A DNA stretch of 64,000 nt, from assembly GCF_964355755.1 (NCBI RefSeq), contig NC_092674.1, forward strand, positions 25,172,001-25,236,000. The letters run 5' to 3'. The stretch is from Antedon mediterranea (Eukaryota; Animalia; Echinodermata). Of the stretch, positions 54,468-64,000 are shown piece after piece; positions within the stretch are counted from its first letter, which is position 1; every line of letters begins with the position of its first letter. A program made the position numbers and the translations under genes. The notes under the pieces are model-generated. The model did no database searches. It saw only the letters and a program-made list of their open reading frames with translations, and was not told where the DNA came from.

Positions 54468-54540
54468 TTCGACCACCTTCCAATCCTATGTTCAGTTGGG
54501 CCTCAACATTCAGTATGGCCAGCAGTCTTCAAAGAGTCGT

Positions 54541-54550
54541 CTTTTATATA
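54541..54550 (-). promoter_or_regulatory. Candidate TATA box for gene B
   Basis: The minus strand reads TATATAAAAG about 75 bp upstream of the gene B ATG at 54467. Confidence 0.45.
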
Positions 54551-56101
54551 TCAACACTGAATCATTAAACATTCTCGATTTTACCTAACTTTGCACCTAA
54601 ATACTAATAATAACGTAATAAAGGCTACGTCAAACGGATTTAACACCGTACGTTTTCTTGGCTGCAGGGGTCTGTTTCTATAGAAAATCTTCAAAGAACG
54701 GTACACTTTGAAACTGTTCTTGTAGATTGGTTGTAGACAAGGATCACATTGTACCCATTTTTACGCCTTATTTGGGGTTTTTTTAAAAACTATTTTTGGG
54801 GAGGGGTTGATTTTGTTATGTTGTTTTAAAGACTCATTTCTATACGAAAGAAAAATACCATTCGTTTTTGAAATTTTATATCCGTTAGTTCCCTTTATAG
54901 AAACGTGCTTAAGAAGAATGTTTTTATTGTTGTAGCACCAAATGTGAGTGGATCGAGAATGTTCCCCATCCTCTGTAATCAGTTTGTATAATGTACAGTT
55001 TTAAAAATAATATACCTCTACAAATTATGAGTATTTCTTCAACTGTTGATTTAAGTAATTGTACGGTGTCAAACTGAACTGAATAAATCATACAAAGTGA
55101 ATACGTATATGTGTTGTTGTTCGAGTTGTTTGTTTGACTTATTAGATGTTGTAATTTGGTTTCCATTTCATATTGATTTCTGACGTGACGCCAAAATACA
55201 CTGGCCTAACAGACAGAAGTACTTTTATATATGGTAACTGCGACGGCCGGCAAAAGGATATCTGGGACAATAACAAGTAGCTTAGCTGTTGACTTTTCAA
55301 TTGGATTATCAACTCCGTGACAATGTTAACATTACATGGAAACTCTTGTATAAACACTTATTGGTTGGGTCTGTTTGTTATTTTTGTGTTTTATTTCCTT
55401 ATACATTGTACGTGATCAGGTTGATTATATAAACTGAATGTTGGTGTAAATATGTGGCCAAACGTTTTCTGAATTTAATTAACTGAACTCAGACGGTATT
55501 CTTTCTATACAATTGATAATAAATAATACTAGTTACTTTATAAAGAAATAATAGGAATAATTAATGCTTTTGAAATATTTTGTTGGTTTTGTTTAACCAC
55601 CACCTCTCTCACACAATTCATCTAAGGTTTCTTCTTTCTTTCTCTACTCTTTTTCTTTATTCCCCTTCTTTCCTTTTATTTACTATCATGCCTTTTCCTC
55701 TGTTTCTCCGCTATGTTGAACATTATTATGTTTATTATTTATTGTTTATTTATATATTATTATTATTATTATTATTAGTGTTAGTGTTATTATTATTATT
55801 ATTGAAATTGTGTGAGTTTGTGTACCGGATTATCGATGAGGATATAAAAGGACTTCATATAATAGTTAAAGAATCAATGGACAAAGGTTGATGCAAGTTA
55901 TAGACGTCACATGTAGTAAAATAAACAAGGAAGCATTTTACAGTGAATGAGTATTTGTTTAGTTTACAGTTATTTATTATTTTCTATTGTAGGCCTACGT
56001 GTTTAGATTATTAGGTATAACCTAAGCCTCATTATACTAGCTATTAATACTGGTGCAAACGTACATGAGTGTACGAATAGTGACATGTAAACCTAGTGAA
56101 G

Positions 56102-59100
56102 ATGTTGGCTAAACGTTTTCCAAACTGTATAGGCTTGGTTATAGTCCTAGCCTTCTCTTCTTTGATGTTTCAATCTGGATTATCAGGTATATACACATAT
56201 TTGCATAAATATTTCTTATTTATTTTAGAGCGTGCACAAGCCCATTCTATATTCTTAATATATGTTGTTCATCAATATTAAAAAATATTAAGTTGTCTTA
56301 TTATTATTAGACGTCATTAAGAAGGTCGCGGCATCCCGCATCCCATACGTTTGTTACTTGGCGAAATATAATTTTGTATAGTAAAGTACCTGCTTTCTTT
56401 GTGTTATAGAGCCATTAGATATTGCAGTATATTCTGACACACCACTCACAACATCTAGTACTGATAATTACTTTCGAGGATACGCACTTCGAGACGACAA
56501 AAACATTCGAGATTTGTCAGTGGGAATATTATACAAGAATATTGATGGGAAAGATAACGTGACTTGGGAAGATACTGGTCATGTAGGTGGTAAAACTGGT
56601 GGTTTTCTAGTATCTACCAATATGCCAAATAATAAAATATTTCCCACAAGTAGCAGCATTGTATACCGAGTGTTCGATGTTTTTAGTTTTCTTGGTGTTG
56701 CTAACTTACAATCCCTGCCTCACAGTGTTGGTGTATTTTCATTTGAAGCGAAGAAAAACAGAGTTGTCAGAAATTCTGCTATTGTATTGACATCTAATTC
56801 CGGTATGTATGTTTTTATTTTAGAAAATTATTAACTAGAATTAGCCGTAATCCGGATACACTTACAGTAGGCCTATACAAATCCATTATTGGTTTACTAA
56901 AGCAATACTTATTATTTTACAGCCACTATTGCGATAGAGTATCGAACGATAACCGTTAGTATTGGAGAGTCTGTCACTATCAATCTCAGTAAAGGAAGTG
57001 ATCTTGACGAATTACGTTGGAGACATAATTACGGTGATGAAATACACAATCTGAGTGGTAATACGTCTGCTATGATTGAAAACATACGAATGAAAGATGA
57101 TGGCGTATATGAATGTTATACAGGTGATAGCCCGGATGGTAAACATGGTATCATGAGACTTATTGTTAGAGGTCAGTCATAAAGTGTTTTTACCTTCTCA
57201 AATACACAATTTGACTACTATATTCATATTATATATAATAATATATAATATAAGCTTTTTTTAGTTTCATTCCAAATCTCTACCAACCTACCTTCTTTGT
57301 TTTCTACTCTTATTAAGACTCCACCCTGTCTCCCTTTGTTGTATTTCTTTTATTCCTGTCCACTCGGTCGGAAAACACCCCTATTTGGGGTAAATTAGTA
57401 AACAGGGTTACATCTGGTGGTTTAAATCAGTACCGAGATTCTAACCAACTTTATATACCATCGAGTAAACATTCTAGAAATAACTTACCGAATTTTGCCC
57501 TTAGGTAAATGTATATATATATTACACTGTGATATCTATGGTATCATGTACTGTGGTTTACATTATAGCATTCGATTATTTTTTTCTAGGGAGTTGCCCA
57601 AAGACTCCTGGGATGTAGACACTGAGTATTTGAGCAAGCAAATTGTTAAATGACACCCCTAGATGGCCGCAAATGATACTCTCGCACGTAAAATTCTTGA
57701 TAAATTGTAGTTAGTTCGCCGGAAATGTCACTCACTCTATAGTGCGCTAGCAAACAGAGGATTGTAGCCTATATTATTCCGCCGGTAATTAAACTTACGC
57801 GACTACCATAGGATAACATTTTTTGTTTCGTTCAATGCGAACGTCACGGGAAAGTCCTCGATGAAGGTACTTTTGGTACGGTAATACATTCTAATAACTG
57901 TACTCAATGAATGTAAATTAATTATCAATTAATAATTTTACAAAGTTATACAAAGAATATAAACCTGTTGCTATAAACATATTGAGCAAAACGTTAAATT
58001 GTATTATTTTGAATTAAATGCTAAATAAAGTCAGATGTTAAAACCACAATTTCCAAAAATTCATTTTTATTTATCCAGTATAAACTTTGGAAAATTGTTG
58101 TTTTAAACCACACTCCAAAATAAAACAAAGAAAATAATAGGACATTTGCAGAAAAAAGCAAACTTTTCTCTGCTACCGGTAAAAAGCCGATACAATTTCG
58201 GAACGTCCATAATTTACTACGGAAATTCGGCTTATATTTACGGACGTACGGAAGTGAAGATAAATAGGGTACACGCATCGGAAATACAAAACTATACGCA
58301 CAATTATGATTTGGCCTAAAAATTGACCTTAGATTACGGAAACCTCCCCCCCCCCCCCCCCCCGCCGACAAAACGCAATAATTATGAACAAATCGATTAT
58401 TAGCCTTGGCAATATGCCTAATATTTAGAAGGAATGAATATAGGCTATATTTCGTTTGTCGATGAATTTTTAGTCGCGTGGACGTGACTCTATAGTTCAC
58501 CATGTCGGTCGGTCGGTCGGTCTGTCTGTCGGTCCGGTATCACTATGCGTTTTATCGCTTTTCTGTACTTTTTGAACTGTTTTGATGTACAGACAAGTTT
58601 TAACTATGTCGGTCGGTCGGTCTGTCGGGTATCACTTTGCGTTTTTCTGTACTTTTTGAACTGTTTTGATGTACAGAAAAGTTTTAGTCACGTGGACGCG
58701 ACTCTATAGTTCACTATGTCGGTCGGTCTGTCGGTCTGTCTGTCGGTCCGGTATCACTATGCGTTTTATCGCTTTTCTGTACTTTTCCAACTGTTTTGAT
58801 GTACAGACAAGTTTTAACTATGTCGGTCGGTCGGTCTGTCGGTCTGTCTGTCGATCCGGTATCACTATGCGTTTTATCGTTTTTCTGTACTTTTTGAAAG
58901 TTCATTTTTTTCTGAGAGCACGCGACTTATGGCTGTTGGCCTTGTTGATTTCATGTGAGGTAATCTGTGATGGCGCTAGTAACACTGCTGTGCGTGGGTA
59001 CTTTGTGATTGACGTAGTAGGCTACATACACGAGCCTAGATAGGAAGATCTGTACTGCCGTTCATTGCGAGAGGAGGGGGAAGTCCGGTAATGTGGCATG

Positions 59101-62100
59101 AAAATGTAACAAGCCAGAGATAAATAAAATCAAGAATACATTTAGCTGATTGTCGTTGTTTTATTCGTCGTCAGAAGTTTATCCACCGACATCTAATTCT
59201 CATGTGTAGTAGAGCGTTTCTTTGATTGAATAATTTTGTTTGTATTATAACACAAGTTCATTTTCGATTTTCAGTAGATTACCAATGGTTTAATCAAATT
59301 TAAAACTGCAACTAATATCACTATTCAATCAAAATGTTATTATTATACTACTAAATTTTTGAAAAATGAATTGCGTGATATGAACATGGATTGATGCAGT
59401 GATGAAGCGGAGGATTATTTTTGTAACTTTTCATTTAAAATAGATTTTGTTACAAAGAAATATTTTGATTGTGAAGGTTGTTAAATTTGTTGGCGCCAGC
59501 ATTACTTCTTTTACCAATTTTAACAATTAAGCTAACATCAAAACATCCAACAATGATAAAATGCCCTGCAACTATGTAACTACTTTATGACTAAGCCTAT
59601 CAAGTTTGGAGTCCGGATGGATATTTTATACGATGAAATTTAATTTAGTGGCAGAAACAACATTTAGTATGAAATTAATTGTCTTGCTCGGGGCAACACT
59701 AGAGCAACACCCATGGGTCCGCCCCTGGCTATAATAAGCATTGAATTTGCCTCTCACCAAAAGTTTGCTTTTTTCGGGGCTTGTAACTTGAACGCAAAAC
59801 AAAATACCGAGTGAATGATCAAAAAATTGGCGGTGGTTCCGCATACAGAGCACTGCCATCTAACATACGGCAACAAATATTATCGTCCTTTAAATAGTCC
59901 ATGTGTGTGAGAATGAGGAAAAAAGTACGAGCGTTTTTAGTAGGCATGTTAAGGTGCATATTTTAGGCAAATCCTTCAAATTGTGATAATATTTTGAAAC
60001 TTTGCACAGTTATTCATTAGGGTGTCAAAAACATGAAATTGAAGGGTTGCACACAATTTGGTCAGGGGAAAGCCGCCATTTTGGATTTCAAAATGGCGGA
60101 CCCCCAAATTTTCACTTTTCAGGTGCATCTCTGCTAAAAAGGCACCTAGAGTTCTGATTTTAGGTGCAAATTATATGGTAATGGGATCACCAAACATATT
60201 GGTATAACTAACATTTTGATTGCATGGCGGCCATGTTGGATTTCAAAATGGCGGACTTCAAATTTTCACTTTGTAGGTATATCTCTGCTAAAATGGTACA
60301 CAGAGTTCTGAGTTTAGGTGCAAATTATATGGTAATAGGTTACCAGACATATTGGTATAACTAACATTTTGATTGCATGGTGGCCATTTTGGATTTCAAA
60401 ATGGTGGACCCCAAATTTTCACTTTTTAGGTATATCTCTGCTAAAAAGGTACACAAAGTTCTGATTTTAGGTGCAAATTATATGGTAATGGGTCACCAAA
60501 CATATTGGTATTTAATTAACATTTTGATTGCATGGCGGCCATTTTGAATTTCAAAATAGCGAACTCAATATGGTACGTTACCTACAGTTATAATTTTAGG
60601 TACAACGTATAATATGGTATTGAGGTCAACAAACATATTGGTATAACGTCATTGATTGCATGGCGGCCATTTTGAACGTAGCTCAAACCGTACTGGCTTT
60701 ACACTATTTGTTTATGTTTATAGTTACATGCATTTAACACGGACAAAATTATTGTAGGCCACATTTTCCCTGGCAACCACACAGCTCTGTACATCGTAAA
60801 TCACTCTTTCTGCATTTACAGCGTCCAAGATCACAGTCGGTGTGTCCACAGCGAATTAAAACCTTTGTGACAAATGAAAGTTCCAGCAATGAACTCCAAA
60901 CTGGACTAAATGTGTTGCCGTCCTTCCTCCATCCCCAGTTCGCTGGGTCCTGTTGAACCCTGAAAGCATCTCTAGACAGACTTCCTGGCTTGTAGAACAG
61001 ACCGTTTCACATGTTCTCTTAATGCCGCAGATGTTGGGGGGATATTTTCAATAGTCTTTCCTCTTGTTGTAAAAAGATATCGTCTTGCATCATTTACCTT
61101 CTTTTCATTAAATTTTCTGCAGTACATAGTTACAACAAACTGTTCTAGATAATCTGTGTCTGTTTCCCTTACATCCCCTACAGATAATGACATCCTCTCG
61201 AAAACTAGAGTCATACAGGGCTCTTTTTCCAAGTCTCGTTAAATGTAGCTTTACCTTTTCCTTGAACAGATGAAGTTGTATCGCAACCGCTAAAGGAAAG
61301 TAAGCGGCTGATGCTTGTGGTCCAAGAGAAGAATCAATCTCGTGGGAAAAATTTTAAGTCCGCCATTTTGAAATCCAACATGGCCGCCATGCAATCAAAA
61401 TGTTAGTTATACCAATATGTTTGGTGATCCCATTACCATATAATTTGTACCTAAAATCAGAACTCTGGGTGCCTTTTTAGCAGAGATGCACCTGAAAAGT
61501 GAACATTTGTGGGTCCGCCATTTTGAAATCCAAAATGGCGGCTTTCCCCTGACCAAATTTTGTGCAACCCTTCCATTTCATGTTTTTGACACCCTAATGA
61601 ATAACTGTGCAAAGTTTCAGAATGTTATCACAATTTGAAGGATGGGTTCACTTAACAGGCCTACTATTTGCTCATTGGTAGCATATGGTGCATGAGAGTG
61701 TTTTTTCCGGCCAACAATTAGAGGTGCCATTTATCATGAATCTTATGTGCGAGAGTAGGCTACCATTTCCGGCCATCAAGGGGTGTAATCAAAATTCTTC
61801 TCAGACCACACGGGGGGGGGGGGGGGTGGGCAGTGACCCAAATACTTAGTTTCCAAACCCCCTTTACACAGATCCTGGCTACGGCCCTGATTTCATTGAT
61901 GTTGTTGTTGTAAATAGGTTGTCCCTCACCAAAATGGAATCCTCCAGAATGTGAAGAGGACTGTCCCGTATGTTATAATGGTGGAATTTGTGACGATAAG
62001 ACGGGTGTATGTATTTGCCCAGCAGGATTTAAAGGCAGTGATTGTCTAACTGGTAATAATAACATAATAGTTAAGTTATCATAGTAAAAGATAACCTTTA

Positions 62101-63484
62101 ATTATTTGTTCAGCCAAGAAAGATACATTACAAAAAATATCAACAGATAAAATAAACAAGAAGGTAAGAAAAATCATAATTACAAGCTGCTTAGAAAAAT
62201 ACAAAGCTGTAAACCTACACAATCTATGTTTTATTGACGCAATACAGAAATGATTAAATTCATTCTTGAAGCTGATCGATTAATAAACTTGAACTAAACT
62301 TGTTTACTCCGAAATTGCAATCAGAAAGATTTTATTTTGAATATGCAATTTAACACTCTTAATATCCTAATTTACACTTCATAGTGAAAAGGTGTGGTGG
62401 GGTTTTATGATTATAGAACTTGATTTGGGCTTATTTAGGGGATCGCAGATAATGCTTGGCAGATAATTAAGTCGTGACCGCCAGCTAATATTAGGTATAG
62501 CGATAATGATAGTGAATTCGCTTACGTACGTCGTCTTTGCGTTGCGCCCTAGTGGGAACCAAGCTTAATAAAAACGCTTTCCATCAAACCGACTGTGTAG
62601 CCGAATGGCTTGGACTATAGGCATGTCGATGTAAGGAGTTAAAATCCCATGAACAACTTATTTTTACTTCATAGTGAGAGAGAAGAGATTATTTAGAGGA
62701 TTATGTTAAGTTATATTTAGGAAATAGGTCGGCTATCTTGCAATTCAATCACGTAGAAAACTATATATGATTCATGATTTCTGTCTCTCTTACCTAAGAG
62801 AAAGAAAATCGCCGACTCCTAAATTAAAATTCATTAGTGGCCTGAACGGGTAAAAAAATAGGTCTGTACTTTCTAAAATGGAAAAAACAATTATGTTAAC
62901 AGGTTGTGGTAATAACAACTGGGGTCGTGACTGCAACGTTGTATGTGCTGCTGGTGGAAATTGCAGTGGAGCTCTTTTATGTCCACCTGATCCAGTTGGA
63001 TGTACATGCGTCAATGGTTTTGGAGAAAACGATTGTGAAACAGGTTTTTAAAAAAATTACATTTATTCCATGTATAATATTCTAGCGTCTAACTACATTT
63101 ATTACTATAAATGTTGTACACATCTGATTGATTGAATATTACTGTTATCAATAGCATTGTATTATTAGACCTAAACTATTTTATGAAAATAATAATATAC
63201 GGTCGTTAATAATTTGAATAAATGCGAACCTTTGTGTCATAATTTAGTTTATTAGTGTTTAAATTTTCTATAAGTTTCTTAAACTTTATGGTTTTAAGAT
63301 TGTGAGGTTTTATATCCAGACACCAATGCCACAGATGAGGATTTATACTATGGAGCAGATTGTCAGCAAAAATGTAACTGTGCCAATGACGATTGTAATC
63401 GAAGTCCAAGCCTGTCCAATCAAGATATAGGATGTACTTCCGGGTCAACATGTTCGACTGGTTTCACTGGAGACAAGTGTCTAG
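56102..63484 (+). CDS. Gene C: third Tie-like ectodomain receptor paralog, 5' part only (continues beyond the window)
   Basis: Exons: 56102-56186 signal peptide (MLAKRFPNCIGLVIVLAFSSL), 56410-56802 Ig1-like (FRGY...GILYKNI...VGVFSFEAKK), 56923-57171 Ig2, EGF 61918-62052 (KWNPPECEEDCPVCYNGGICDDK), 62903-63043, 63320-63484. All introns are phase-1 GT-AG at the same positions as in genes A and B. Confidence 0.88.
58468..58946 (+). mobile_element. Helentron/DINE-1-like non-autonomous element with internal tandem repeats
   Basis: Subterminal inverted repeat AGTCGCGTG / CACGCGACT, (GTCG/GTCT)n microsatellite cores and a 3' end GGCCTTGTT. Shorter relatives lie at ~52930-53042 and ~41270-41368. Confidence 0.65.
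59938..61666 (-). mobile_element. Internally deleted Academ-like DNA transposon in gene C intron 3
   Basis: ~330-bp TIRs with TAG...CTA termini and TTT on both flanks, plus ~140-bp subterminal tandem repeats (60070-60680). The minus-strand relic reads GCDTTSSVQGKGK (XPG/FEN1-like H3TH), PPTSAALREHVKRSVLQA and a Cys-rich end CDLGRCKCRKSDLRCTELCGCQGKC. Confidence 0.8.
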
Positions 63485-64000
63485 GTAGTATGATGCTTCT
63501 TTTTATGAATTCATTCCTTCGATCTTCTTAGTATTAAAGTTTGTTAATAAATATTATTTTATTAACTTCTATGATATTAAACACTGTTTGATACATTTTT
63601 CTTTTTGATAATCATAAAAAAAAAGGTTAATACTATTATATTATACAGAGACATAGACAAACCTTTCACTATTATTACATTTTTTTTCTCCGGAAATAGT
63701 ATGTACAGCTGGGCCTGTATCCTTTTTAAAAGTCAATATTAAAAAAAATACATCGCTGTAGTTGAACGTCGTTCGCAATCATTAGTACTTTTCTCATCAT
63801 TTTGTAAAACTCAAAATGACCGCTATTTCTATACAGCTTTACCATGCGTAATCATAAAACATGTTTTCCATTGTCCTCCTGAAAACAGTGACAGTGACAT
63901 TAACATTAACATTTCATAGGTACAGAAGAATTTCTGAACCATCCGGTTATTACTGAATAGTAATTAATTGACTTGAAACGATAAAGATGCTTATGAAAAC

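Overview
AT-rich, intron-rich animal genomic DNA. The gene content suggests a marine invertebrate, plausibly a deuterostome such as an echinoderm (inference). Bases 1-17.4 kb hold the 3' 22 coding exons of a MAP4K4/TNIK/MINK1 (misshapen) Ste20 kinase on +, with a kinase domain and a C-terminal CNH domain. Bases 23.4-64 kb hold three paralogous type-I membrane receptors with a Tie1/Tie2-like ectodomain (Ig-Ig-EGF x4-FN3 x3) and different cytoplasmic tails. Gene A (-, 26 exons, ~1363 aa) has a juxtamembrane ITAM and NPxY motif, followed by tandem PTP domains; D1 has lost its catalytic Cys codon, so it looks like a pseudophosphatase. Gene B (-) has no PTP domain. Instead it has a 25-Tyr tail built by 111-bp tandem amplification of the same juxtamembrane segment. 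Gene C (+) lies head-to-head with B and runs off the window end. The arrangement resembles a paired, diversifying immune or recognition receptor family. Introns carry MITEs, tRNA-derived SINEs, a Penelope-like element with a hammerhead core and a nested hAT element, an L1/Tx1 relic, an Academ-like element, Helentron-like elements and minisatellites. All exon coordinates were read by eye from splice signals and reading phase and need transcript confirmation.
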